Shown here: positions 17,391-26,950 of the stretch, piece after piece
Numbering within the stretch: position 1 is the stretch's first letter
How the letters are laid out: each line of letters begins with the position of its first letter
NCBI GenBank assembly: GCA_050117845.1
Contig: JASFLY010000002.1
Coordinates: 160,001 to 224,000 of the forward strand
DNA from: Candidatus Zixiibacteriota bacterium
GTDB lineage: Bacteria; RBG-13-66-14; B26-G2; WVWN01
Length of the DNA stretch: 64,000 nt
Direction: 5' to 3'
Position numbers and translations under genes: made by a program
Notes under the pieces: generated by a model
What the model saw: only the letters and a program-made list of their open reading frames with translations
Databases searched by the model: none
Told to the model about the DNA's origin: nothing

Positions 17391-18403
17391 AGGCCGTAAT
17401 CCTGGCCGCCGGGAAATCCACCCGCACCTACCCGTTGACCATCACGAGGCCCAAACCGGTCCTGCCGTTGTTGGACCGGCCGCTCTTGGGCCATACCCTC
17501 GAGGCGCTGGCGCCCCTCGCCAACGGCGCGGTCATCATCGTCGGCTACCGCGGCGACATGATAATGGCGGCCTTCGGCCGGGAGTACGCCGGCCTCCCCA
17601 TCGAGTACGTCGTCCAGACGGAACAACTGGGGACCGGCGACGCCGTGGCCCGGGCCCGCCCCGTCGTCACCGGCGACTTCCTGGTCGTCAACGGCGACGA
17701 CTACTACGGCCCCGAGAACGTCCGGGCGCTGGCCTCCACGGCCGGGGCGGCGGTCCTGGGGGCCCCGGTGCCCTCGGCCGAGGGATTCGGCGTCCTCGAC
17801 GTCGACGGCGACAGGTTAATCGGCATTCGGGAGAAACCGGAGGGCGCGGGGCCGGCCCTCGTGAACACCGGCCTGTATAAGGTGAACGAGGCCGTCTTCG
17901 ACCACATCGCCGCGCTCGAGCCGTCGCCCCGCGGCGAGCTGGAGTTCACCGCCGCCCTCGAGTCGTACGGCCGCGATGCCCCCGTCGCCGCCGTCGTGGC
18001 CCCGGCGCCCTGGCTCCCCGTCGCCACCGGGGCCGACCTCCTCCGGGCCCAGCTCGACCTCTGGCCCGCCGGGGAAGGCCGCTTGACGGGTGAGGGCTGC
18101 CGCCTCGACCCGGAGGCCGTGGTGGAAGGCCGGTCCGTCCTCGGCGCCGGCTGCATCGTCGAGGCCGGCGCGATGGTGGCGGAGGCTTTGCTGCTCGAGC
18201 GCGTGGAGGTGGACCGCGGCGCCTCGGTCACGGGCTCGGTTCTGGGCACCGGCGTGACCGTCGGCTCGGACGCCATGGTGGACGGCGCCATAGTCGGCGA
18301 CGGCGCCCGCATCGCCGCCGGTTCCCGGGTGGAGCCGGGCAGCCTTATCTGGCCCGCCGTGAGGATAAAAACCGGCGAGGTGGTCGCCGGTGTGATAAAA
18401 TAG
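17387..18403 (+). CDS. NDP-sugar pyrophosphorylase / GlmU-like nucleotidyltransferase with hexapeptide repeats
   Basis: GGAGG RBS, MKAVILAAGKSTR..P...PK, QLGTGDAV, VNGDD, EKP, C-terminal left-handed beta-helix repeats. Confidence 0.88.
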   Translation: MKAVILAAGKSTRTYPLTITRPKPVLPLLDRPLLGHTLEALAPLANGAVIIVGYRGDMIMAAFGREYAGLPIEYVVQTEQLGTGDAVARARPVVTGDFLVVNGDDYYGPENVRALASTAGAAVLGAPVPSAEGFGVLDVDGDRLIGIREKPEGAGPALVNTGLYKVNEAVFDHIAALEPSPRGELEFTAALESYGRDAPVAAVVAPAPWLPVATGADLLRAQLDLWPAGEGRLTGEGCRLDPEAVVEGRSVLGAGCIVEAGAMVAEALLLERVEVDRGASVTGSVLGTGVTVGSDAMVDGAIVGDGARIAAGSRVEPGSLIWPAVRIKTGEVVAGVIK

Positions 18404-18426
18404 AGATACGAAAGGAAGGACCCGAC

Positions 18427-20349
18427 ATGTATAAATACTTGTGCGTTATAACCGCGGCCCTGCTGGCCGGGGCGGCCTGGGCGGACATCCCCCTCCAGTC
18501 GACGCCCGGTTGGAGCTGGAGCACCGAGGACCGGGCGTACGGCGGCCTGGTCTTCCTGGACGCCGACGACGACGGCGACCTCGACCTCGCGACCGGCTGC
18601 TACGACGGCAGCAACTGGTACCCCCCCGTAAACGACTACCATAATTCCATATTCTACAACACGGCCGGGACGCTCGCCTCCTCGCCCTCCTGGACCTCCT
18701 CGGTCGAGCGGCACACCGGCGAAATAGACGCCGGCGACATCAACGGCGACGGCGTGCCCGACATCTTCGCCGCCAACGGCGGCTCGTCCTACCAGCCGAA
18801 CTCCGTATACTACGGCGCCACCGGCGGGCCGGCCACGTCCCCCGACTGGTCGTCCTCCTCGGCGGCATGGGCCACCGGCTCCTGCCTGGGCGACATCGAC
18901 GGCGACGGCGACGTGGACGCGGCCACGTCCAACCAGGGCCGGGACCAGTACGACCCGTACCGGCCGGTATATATCTTCTGGAACTCGGGCACGGCGTTGG
19001 CGACCGGGCGCGGGTGGGAATCGAGCGAGGCCGGCGTCTTCAGCGGCGTCTGCCTGGGCGACGTCGACGGCGCTCATTTCACCGAGGTCAAAAACGAGAC
19101 CCTCGTCGGCGACGGCAGCCGGCAGGTCTTCTACCTCGCGCACGCGCCGCTTCTGCGTATCGACGGCGTGCGGATTAACGGCGCGGGCCTCGGCAACGCG
19201 TACGCGTACGACCTCTACGCCGGGTGGATATCGTTCTGCCGGCCGCTCGGGAACGGCGAGACGGCGGAAATCGACTACACCTACTCCACGCGGCTGGACG
19301 TGGCGGTCGCGAAGTGGTCCAACTTCGACACCTGCGTCTACCTGAACGACGCCGGCATGCCCGCCACGACGCCCGGTTGGACCTCCGGCAACGCCTCGAG
19401 GACCGACCGCTCCGTCATCTTCTTCGACTACGACCGCGACGGCGACCAGGACCTCTTCGTCGCCGGCAGCAACGACTACCTCCGCATCTACGCGAACGAG
19501 GGCGGCACGCTGGGCGCGACGCCCGCCTGGACCTCCGCCGCCGAGGTGCGCGTCAACGAGGCGCTCATCGGCGACTTCAACGGCGACGGCTATCAGGATC
19601 TCGTCATCGCCAACACGCCCTACCGGGGCCTCTCGGTCTGGGAGAACAACGCCGGCAGCATCGACACGTCGCCGACGTGGAGCTACACCGGCTCGGCCGA
19701 GTGCCGGGCCATCGCCGTGGGGGACGTGAACGGCGACGGCGCGCTGGACATCGCCGCCGGCTTCTCGCGCAACCCGCTCGTCGTCTTCCTCAACGACTAC
19801 ACCGTGGGCGTGGAGGTGACGGCCTTCCGCGCGGCGGGCCGGGACGACGCGGCCTTGCTGTCGTGGCAGGTGCGCGACGGCCGGGCGGGCGGCTTCGACC
19901 TGTTGCGTAAATCCGCTGATAGTGATTGGGGTCGCGTGAACGACGGCAGGATAACGGGCGAGTCGCCCTACTCGTACGTCGACGCGGGCCTCGCGCCGGG
20001 CGAGTACTCCTACAAGCTCGTGGCCTACGACCTCAGCGGCCGCTCTTCGGAACACGGCCCCATTACGTGTGACGTCGGCGGCGCCAAGACGGCCTTCGCG
20101 CTGCACGCCGCGGCGCCCAACCCCTGCCGGGGGAGCGTTACCTTCTCGTTCTCGCTGGCCGAGGGCGGCCCGGCCGAGGTGACGGTCTACGACCTGGCGG
20201 GCCGGCGCGTCGCGACGCCGGTTAGCCGCAGCCTGGCCGCCGGCGAGAACGCCGTCTCGTGCGAGCTCGACCTGGCGCCGGGCGTTTACGTCTACCGGCT
20301 GGAGGCGGGGGGCCGGACGTCGGCCCGCAAGCTGGTCGTCTCGAAGTAA
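18427..20349 (+). CDS. FG-GAP repeat secreted protein with T9SS-type-A-like C-terminal domain
   Basis: Signal peptide, ~7 D-x-(D/N)-GDG-x-x-D repeats, C-terminal PNP...YDLAGRRV...PGVYVYRL...KLVV. Confidence 0.85.
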   Translation: MYKYLCVITAALLAGAAWADIPLQSTPGWSWSTEDRAYGGLVFLDADDDGDLDLATGCYDGSNWYPPVNDYHNSIFYNTAGTLASSPSWTSSVERHTGEIDAGDINGDGVPDIFAANGGSSYQPNSVYYGATGGPATSPDWSSSSAAWATGSCLGDIDGDGDVDAATSNQGRDQYDPYRPVYIFWNSGTALATGRGWESSEAGVFSGVCLGDVDGAHFTEVKNETLVGDGSRQVFYLAHAPLLRIDGVRINGAGLGNAYAYDLYAGWISFCRPLGNGETAEIDYTYSTRLDVAVAKWSNFDTCVYLNDAGMPATTPGWTSGNASRTDRSVIFFDYDRDGDQDLFVAGSNDYLRIYANEGGTLGATPAWTSAAEVRVNEALIGDFNGDGYQDLVIANTPYRGLSVWENNAGSIDTSPTWSYTGSAECRAIAVGDVNGDGALDIAAGFSRNPLVVFLNDYTVGVEVTAFRAAGRDDAALLSWQVRDGRAGGFDLLRKSADSDWGRVNDGRITGESPYSYVDAGLAPGEYSYKLVAYDLSGRSSEHGPITCDVGGAKTAFALHAAAPNPCRGSVTFSFSLAEGGPAEVTVYDLAGRRVATPVSRSLAAGENAVSCELDLAPGVYVYRLEAGGRTSARKLVVSK

Positions 20350-20370
20350 CGCCCACGATATATAGCCAAT

Positions 20371-20406
20371 AAAACAACGGCGGCCCGACGGGTCGCCGTT
20401 TTTGTT
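20371..20406. terminator. Bidirectional intrinsic terminator
   Basis: AACGGCGGCCC-GAC-GGGTCGCCGTT-TTT between convergent genes. Confidence 0.75.
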
Positions 20407-20421
20407 GCGTTCGTTTCGACC

Positions 20422-21084
20422 TCAGAACGAATACGCCGCGCCGACCTCGAAATAAGGCCGGTTGGAACCATAGCCGAGGTAATATTCCGGGTAATAACCG
20501 CCGTGCTCCAGGCCGCCGGTTAGAAGGACGCTCCATTTCGAGAACACCTTAAAACGGGCCTCGCCCTCGACGGTGAACGTAGCGAGGGGGGCCTCGAAGT
20601 AGCTGACGGTCGGGTTGGCCCAGACGCCGCAATGCCGAACGCCGAAGCGGAGGCGGCCGGGCGACACGCCGGCACCGACGTCGTAACCGCCGCCTACGAG
20701 GCCGACGTACTCCGACGAATCGTAACGCGGCCTATAATACGGGGCCGGGTAGTGGAAGCGGACGTAACTGACCCGGCCCGTAACGCCGGCGTAGCACTCG
20801 ACGAAGGAGACCGGGAACGTCCGGCCTAAGCCGCCGTCCAGGTTCCCCTCGCGGATGTAGTTGTCCGCCGGGTACTCGGCCCCCGAAAACCGGACCGTCA
20901 CGCGCCACGGCTCGCCGAAACGCCCTTCCACCCGGCCCCGGTACCCGCCCTGGCGGTAGAAGTTGGGGAAGAAGTCGTACGCCGCGTCGTACGACAAGAA
21001 GCCGAACGACGCCGAGACCTCGGCGGCGTGGGCGCACCCTACCAATAAAGCCATCACAATTGCCGACTTCAAAACTATCCGCAT
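20422..21084 (-). CDS. Probable outer-membrane beta-barrel protein
   Basis: MRIVLK...CAHA signal peptide, amphipathic strands, terminal AYSF. Confidence 0.6.
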   Translation of the reverse strand: MRIVLKSAIVMALLVGCAHAAEVSASFGFLSYDAAYDFFPNFYRQGGYRGRVEGRFGEPWRVTVRFSGAEYPADNYIREGNLDGGLGRTFPVSFVECYAGVTGRVSYVRFHYPAPYYRPRYDSSEYVGLVGGGYDVGAGVSPGRLRFGVRHCGVWANPTVSYFEAPLATFTVEGEARFKVFSKWSVLLTGGLEHGGYYPEYYLGYGSNRPYFEVGAAYSF

Positions 21085-21095
21085 AGTCAACTCCA

Positions 21096-22244
21096 TTACC
21101 GCGTCCGGCAGAGCCAGAATATTGAGTCCCTGGAGGAAAACGCATCGTCCTCTAATATAGACCAGTAAAAGGGATAGCTCGCCGTTATCCCGGTAAATAC
21201 CGGACGATACATTGCGAAAGAATCCACTTCCTCCGTAACCCACTCGCCGTGCTCGAGTGCGACCGAAGTATAGTATCCCACGGCGCGGCCGTTACCGGCG
21301 TCGTGGAACGCCAAACCTCTGAAATCCCTGGCGGGACTAGTCGTAGGCGACGAAAGGAACGCTAATTCGTACCGGCCGCACCCCGCCGGCGCGGCCTCGC
21401 GTTTGATTATTCCAAGATATGCTTTGCTTTCCTCATAAGGAAGGGGCGTCGTAGCCTTCAATTGGGCGGTAAGGTACAGCGTCTCACCCACGGAGGTTAC
21501 GGGGTAATAGTTGTAGTAATATACCCTGAACCGATCGTCCCCGAAGTCCACCTTCTCGGCGTGCCAGGTCGCGCCGTCGTCGTCGCTCACGTTAACCGTC
21601 CACCCGGTCGTATAATACCTCGGATCGGAAGGGACAAAGACTACCCCTCTATCGGATACGGCCAACCCCATTTTATAGCTCTTCGTGTCAAAACCCAACT
21701 TCTTTTGCCATGCGCCCCCGTCGTATTTATAAACCGCGCGCCACGTCCGGACCCAACAAGCGTCGGACGAAATCGGAGCTACATTATAAAAACTACTCTC
21801 TGCGACATGGTCGGGTACGTCGATTTCGTTCCATTCGTAGCCGTCATACTTGGCGAAGTAAGCCTGATGGTCCCCATTCTCGGTTTTTGTCCCCGCTACC
21901 CACAAAACATCGAAAACGTATTTAATGTCTTCAACGTAGCATCTCTCATAAGGTGGTTGATAAAACACCTCTAATTCGCGTCCGTCGTAGCGATAAACAA
22001 CACCCAACGGCCTATTTTCTATACGTGCATCGTATGCCCCAATATAAACCATCCCATCGGGTGTAGCGGCCAAGGCCCCCGTAGGGTAAACACCCGTCGG
22101 GAAACGCGCGGCCTTACTCCAATCGGAAGGCCGGGTTAGGTTCGGCACGTCCTCGCACGCTATCGGCAAAACCAAACAAACCGCCGCCAGGGCCGCCAAC
22201 GCGGCCCGCATCGTAGCTCTTTTAATAATCGAGTTCTTTTCCAA
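21096..22244 (-). CDS. Lipoprotein, probable beta-propeller (BNR/Asp-box)
   Basis: PIAC lipobox, YRYDG/YDG..W repeats, Asp-box VSDDDGATW; paralog of the next gene. Confidence 0.75.
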   Translation of the reverse strand: MEKNSIIKRATMRAALAALAAVCLVLPIACEDVPNLTRPSDWSKAARFPTGVYPTGALAATPDGMVYIGAYDARIENRPLGVVYRYDGRELEVFYQPPYERCYVEDIKYVFDVLWVAGTKTENGDHQAYFAKYDGYEWNEIDVPDHVAESSFYNVAPISSDACWVRTWRAVYKYDGGAWQKKLGFDTKSYKMGLAVSDRGVVFVPSDPRYYTTGWTVNVSDDDGATWHAEKVDFGDDRFRVYYYNYYPVTSVGETLYLTAQLKATTPLPYEESKAYLGIIKREAAPAGCGRYELAFLSSPTTSPARDFRGLAFHDAGNGRAVGYYTSVALEHGEWVTEEVDSFAMYRPVFTGITASYPFYWSILEDDAFSSRDSIFWLCRTR

Positions 22245-22299
22245 CGAGACGGCCTTTCCTTGGAAACCGGTTTTAATTATTACCGAAATCTTAATATTA

Positions 22300-23436
22300 C
22301 TATCCGTCGGCCCGGTACAGGTAGTTGGCTACCAACTGTCCCCCCGGCGCCTCTTTCGCTACCAACGCCCAATAGCCGTCGTGGCCCAAGGTTATATCTT
22401 TAAAATGAAGGTGCTGGGCGTCGGTAATATCCTCCGGGTGCCAAATCCCGTTTTCTAAAGCCAACGAAAAATCGTAGCCAACCAGATACCCTGTGTTCGA
22501 GTTTCTAAAAACCATACTCCAAGTATCCGGAGCGACTACCGTTACAAGAGGTCCGATATAAGAAATTCCGTACTCCCCTTTACCGGGCGGAGCATCATCA
22601 CGGGCGACGACGCCGATAAACAAAGAAGCTCCCGTTTCCCCGACCTGTTCGTTCTTTAAAAAGGTGGTTAAATACCACCCCTCGCCGGCTGCGGCCGTCG
22701 AATATAAATTACCCACAACGCTGTACATTTCCGTCTGAAGGTCCACCCGTTCGGCCGCCCAGGTTGCGCCGTGGTCGTCGCTCACATATACCGTTCGTTC
22801 GTTCGACTTATAATCGATAGCATATAAAAACGCCCGGCCGTTCCGACAAACGGTTAAATCTAATAACTGATACCTTGGCTCTCGAGGGGCAACCTTAGTC
22901 CACTCGCCAGCGTTATACGTATATACATCATTATCGCCTACGAGCCAACAAGAGTCGCAAGAAACCGGGAAAATGGCCGAAAACTCGTGTTCATATACGG
23001 ATGAAGGAACCGCTACCTCCGTCCACTCTCCGCCATCTCGTTTAAATAAGCAGGGCCAAATCCCGGTATTATCCAACGCCCACCCTGTGACCCACAACGT
23101 ACCGGCCGCCGATGCTATATCTTTAAAACGCGTATATTTGTACGGCGAGCGGAATTCCTCCGTGGCCGAGAAACCGTCGTAACGGTATACGACCGCCTGG
23201 TGGAAGATGGGTATCCTAGGATCGTAACCGGCGGCGTAAACACCACCGTCGTTTCCGACCGCGACGCTTACGGGGATAAACTCGTCGCGCTGGAATATCG
23301 TTTCCCTTTCCCACCGCATCGCCCGCCGGTAAACCGGCACATCGTCGCAACCGGAGTTACCCAAAACCAAAAAAGCCGCCAAGGCCGCCAACGCGGCCCG
23401 CGGCGCTAAGTCCCTAACGAATCGGTTCCTTCCCAT
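22300..23436 (-). CDS. Lipoprotein, probable beta-propeller (BNR/Asp-box)
   Basis: ATG 23436, NSGC lipobox, VYRYDG, Asp-box VSDDHGATW. Confidence 0.75.
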   Translation of the reverse strand: MGRNRFVRDLAPRAALAALAAFLVLGNSGCDDVPVYRRAMRWERETIFQRDEFIPVSVAVGNDGGVYAAGYDPRIPIFHQAVVYRYDGFSATEEFRSPYKYTRFKDIASAAGTLWVTGWALDNTGIWPCLFKRDGGEWTEVAVPSSVYEHEFSAIFPVSCDSCWLVGDNDVYTYNAGEWTKVAPREPRYQLLDLTVCRNGRAFLYAIDYKSNERTVYVSDDHGATWAAERVDLQTEMYSVVGNLYSTAAAGEGWYLTTFLKNEQVGETGASLFIGVVARDDAPPGKGEYGISYIGPLVTVVAPDTWSMVFRNSNTGYLVGYDFSLALENGIWHPEDITDAQHLHFKDITLGHDGYWALVAKEAPGGQLVANYLYRADG

Positions 23437-23510
23437 AATCAACGCCCTTCCTTCGAGCCACGATTTTAAATAATCCGCCGACAATTGCAATAAAAATATA
23501 CTCCCCCCAC

Positions 23511-23536
23511 AAAAAAAGCCGGCCCGAAGGCCGGCC
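23511..23536 (-). terminator. Intrinsic terminator
   Basis: Minus strand GCCGGCC-TTCG-GGCCGGC-T7. Confidence 0.85.
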
Positions 23537-23561
23537 ATTCCCTAACCCCAAGGGGGTTTAT

Positions 23562-24530
23562 TTAATACATATTTAAGTGAAGCGTATTATCCTCGTATTC
23601 GAACTCGTACGCCTCGGCCGCGCCCTTCTTGAGGGCCGAGCGGTTCTGTTTATCGTCCTTGTAGACCTGTTCGCGCTCGGCCTCGCGGAGCTGGGCCAGG
23701 TAGGTCCCGATTTCCGCGGCCGTCGGGACGTCGCCCAGGTCGCCGGCCAGCGCCGCGTCCATGGCGTAGCTCGTTAACAGCCGCGGCCACATCTTCACGA
23801 AGAGGTCGTGGTTGCCGAAGACGTCCCCGGCCACGACCTCCCCCTCCGCCACGACCACGACGCCCACGACGTCGACGTCCTTCCCGACGTCCTTAAAGGC
23901 CTTTTCGTAGCTGTTTACCTTATCCTTGAATTCCTTGCTGTCGTAGCTGGCGGTCAGCGCGTCCGTGTCGGTCACGGTGCCGCGCTCGGCGTTGACCATC
24001 GAGACCTCGCTCCAGACCTCGCTCTGGTCCATTTTGCCCTGGGCGGCGTTGCGGACCTTGGCCGGGGCAATCTCCTTGGCGTAGCTGAAGTGGGTGCTCT
24101 TCTCCTCCCAGCGGCCGGCCTCTACGCAGAACGCGTCCACGTTGAACTTGCCGCCCGGCGGAATGACGGTGTCGTAGGATACGATGCGGTCCTGCTTGGC
24201 CCCGCGGATCATCTCGCCGGCGAGCAGGACGACGCTCTTGTCGGTGTTGTTGTGGACCTCGAGGGTGTTGACCTCGGCGCCCTCCTCGATTTCCTTTATC
24301 TTGAACTTGCCGGTCTCCTGGGCTTCGGCCATGGTGAGGATGTCGCCCAGCTTCTCGCCGCCCCCGGGCAGATAGACGGGGTACACGGCGAGGTTCTCGT
24401 GTATCACGGGGTCGCCGATGTCGAGGCCCTTGATGAAGTCCTCGTCGGCGATGCCCGGCGCCGGGGCGGACAGCGTTATGAGCACCAGCGCCCCCACGAC
24501 GGTAGATAATATGATTGCGGCCTTCTTCAC
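23562..24530 (-). CDS. Secreted DUF6569 / ARPP-1-like domain protein
   Basis: AAGGAGG RBS, signal peptide, VNTL...LLAGE.I.GAKQDR..., FCVE.GRW, QS.VW, LL.SYA.DA. Confidence 0.75.
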   Translation of the reverse strand: MKKAAIILSTVVGALVLITLSAPAPGIADEDFIKGLDIGDPVIHENLAVYPVYLPGGGEKLGDILTMAEAQETGKFKIKEIEEGAEVNTLEVHNNTDKSVVLLAGEMIRGAKQDRIVSYDTVIPPGGKFNVDAFCVEAGRWEEKSTHFSYAKEIAPAKVRNAAQGKMDQSEVWSEVSMVNAERGTVTDTDALTASYDSKEFKDKVNSYEKAFKDVGKDVDVVGVVVVAEGEVVAGDVFGNHDLFVKMWPRLLTSYAMDAALAGDLGDVPTAAEIGTYLAQLREAEREQVYKDDKQNRSALKKGAAEAYEFEYEDNTLHLNMY

Positions 24531-24633
24531 GGCCCGACCTCCTTGGCTCGGTATTATGAATGTCGCGTATGAATGATAACGTTTGGACGCGGCGGGGGCG
24601 TTGGGAGTTTAATGAGACCTACTTATCGAAGCG

Positions 24634-26439
24634 TCACGAAGATTCGATTAACGGGTTTTCCGCGCCGAACAATAAATCCCAGTAATTACCGCTTATACAT
24701 TTAACGTCTTCGCCGCTTAATTTCGCTAAATAACAATCCGATAATATTGAAAATTTAATTAATGCATCAAAGATATCCAGCTTATCCCTTGGAGTCCCGT
24801 CTAGTTTAGTTACCGCATCTATTAGACTGTCTACATATGAATGTAAATTCTCTACTAAAGTACTTAAATAAGGTAACGAACGAGCGCTGTGTACGATCTG
24901 GTTACGCATATTATAAATCCGCCTTATATGCCAAATAACCAAGGCGCGGTATTCTCGAATCGAATTCTCTATACGTTTTGATGAATAGAAATAATCGTGG
25001 CAACGGAATACCCGATACTTAAGAAGGGGGTGCTCATTTAATAAACCGTAAAGGCGCGACCGCATATCTTTCATATCTTCACACACAATAATCTTAGTCG
25101 CTTTTTCTAGAAAATCGCCGGTGCTAGAAGAATCCTCGATAAAGTTCCTGACTAACGATCCGCCGTATCTTAGATTATCAGCCATATAACTAAATAACCT
25201 TAACGTATAAGAGAGGGTAAGAACAGGGACTAACATATTGGTATAATACGTAATCCTATCCTGTTTCTTTTTAGTTACGGGGATAAATCCCTCTAAAGTT
25301 ACCCATAGGTCAAGGAGTTTATTTTCGTTTGTTAGCGTTTTGAGTGCTGCCGCGTGGTATTCGAACGCGCGTTTTATACCGCGTTTAGCAGATTCGGCGA
25401 AAGTTTTACCTCCAAAGATATTAATCGCATTTAAGATTGACGTTTTTGTACTTGCGTCCGCCCTAACATCGCCGCAAAACATCGGGTTAATTCGCCGTTC
25501 TAGCAATTCCAAATATTGCGTTTCTTCGTTAATTATTAATGATTTATTCGACCATTCGAAGTTGGCGTGGTGATCGTAAAAACTACATACGCTGATAAAC
25601 GCTTCTAATAGGTATTCTGCGGTATCTCTCGCGGTAAAGAATTCTTTTGCTTTAATCTCGGGTATCGTGATATAAAGAGGGAACCTTGTATTAACAGCTA
25701 AGAACTCGTCGGCCCAAACTAATTCACGTTCGACTACAGGCTTAATTACAGTTATATTTATCCCGTATTCCTCGGATAATCCCGAAAATTCGGAAAAAAC
25801 CTCGGTCCCCCGAAAAACAACACTCCAGCTTCTTGTTTCCTTATCGAATAGTTTTAGAAAACCTATAATTTGCCGCGGATCGTATATCCTCGTTGGATCA
25901 TTATTTGGGTCGAAGAAAAATTCGTTATTAGTACGATATAGGAATTGCCTATCGAAACCTTCCAATTCGATTTCTGCCGTAAAGGTCTGAGCTAGCTTTA
26001 GTAACTCTTCCTTTTTACGCGGCTTTAAAACGGCTTCAATAATCTTCTCCTTTAAAGCTGGCCAATAAACTGAACTTATTTCTTTCAATAAAGCTAATGA
26101 TAACGAACTTAACTCTTCAGGCGTATTTGACGAAACATTTAACCTCCGGCAAATTGTCGTTATAACACCGCTACTTCCTCCGCTAATCACCGCATCATTT
26201 TTTATACTCCACTTCAGTTCTTCAATGATTGGTTCAACTGCGCTAGAAGTTACTTTCCCGTCATCGTATTGAGTGGCTATATAATAGAGTTCGTAAGCTC
26301 TTGAGTGCGTATTGAGCGCCGGAGCTCGAAACCCGTCGAAGGTATGGTGAAACAAGAATTCTTCTATCGCTTGTGCGAAAAACAGGACCCCTTCTAGTTG
26401 GGGTGTATACCGCCACTTAGTTAAATCCGGTTGTCTCAT
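24634..26439 (-). CDS. Low-GC protein with C-terminal HEPN-type Rx4H motif (ApeA-like, putative RNase)
   Basis: 601-aa AT-rich ORF; LDLWVTLE and RIYNMRNQIVH motifs. Confidence 0.7.
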   Translation of the reverse strand: MRQPDLTKWRYTPQLEGVLFFAQAIEEFLFHHTFDGFRAPALNTHSRAYELYYIATQYDDGKVTSSAVEPIIEELKWSIKNDAVISGGSSGVITTICRRLNVSSNTPEELSSLSLALLKEISSVYWPALKEKIIEAVLKPRKKEELLKLAQTFTAEIELEGFDRQFLYRTNNEFFFDPNNDPTRIYDPRQIIGFLKLFDKETRSWSVVFRGTEVFSEFSGLSEEYGINITVIKPVVERELVWADEFLAVNTRFPLYITIPEIKAKEFFTARDTAEYLLEAFISVCSFYDHHANFEWSNKSLIINEETQYLELLERRINPMFCGDVRADASTKTSILNAINIFGGKTFAESAKRGIKRAFEYHAAALKTLTNENKLLDLWVTLEGFIPVTKKKQDRITYYTNMLVPVLTLSYTLRLFSYMADNLRYGGSLVRNFIEDSSSTGDFLEKATKIIVCEDMKDMRSRLYGLLNEHPLLKYRVFRCHDYFYSSKRIENSIREYRALVIWHIRRIYNMRNQIVHSARSLPYLSTLVENLHSYVDSLIDAVTKLDGTPRDKLDIFDALIKFSILSDCYLAKLSGEDVKCISGNYWDLLFGAENPLIESS

Positions 26440-26565
26440 AGTATAAACCTCGTTGACTTAGAACAAAAGTATGCTTTAGGGGGAAATTATGATATAAAAT
26501 AGCTCGGTTATCAACCTTGGATTAACAAGATACTAAGGATCCGAGTAAAGGAAGGTTATACGCTT

Positions 26566-26829
26566 ATGTTCGAGGGTTTCAGTCTGCTCCATTTAGTTTG
26601 GTTCATCATTATCGGCGGCTTCGTCGGCTGGCTGGCGGGCCTCGCGTTCCGGCGGCGGGGCTTCGGCTGCCTCGGGAACGTAATAGTCGGCATAGTCGGC
26701 GCGTTGTTCGGCGGCGTGTTGTTCCGGTTCGTCGGCTGGCATTTCGGCGGCCTTATCGGCGGCCTCTTCACGTCGTTCGTCGGCGCGGTTCTCTTCCTCG
26801 TCGTAGTCGGCCTGTTCAAAAAGCGCTAG
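26566..26829 (+). CDS. GlsB/YeaQ/YmgE (transglycosylase-associated) membrane protein
   Basis: IIGGFVGWLA...GNVIVGIVGALFGG...FVGAVLFL. Confidence 0.88.
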   Translation: MFEGFSLLHLVWFIIIGGFVGWLAGLAFRRRGFGCLGNVIVGIVGALFGGVLFRFVGWHFGGLIGGLFTSFVGAVLFLVVVGLFKKR

Positions 26830-26950
26830 CGGCCGGCCCGTACCATAATCAGAGAGGGCGGCGCACCGACCTCTCGTACCCGTGAATATATTTACCGGGA
26901 CTCACGCCGGCCGGCCCCCCCTCCCCCCCCGGGGCCGGAAGGAGGCGTTT

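Noticed and set aside
17704..20106. 800-aa minus-strand ORF (likewise 61239..63863, 59066..60880 and many Arg/Pro-rich ORFs)
   Set aside because: These are shadow frames of well-supported genes, typical of high-GC codon bias
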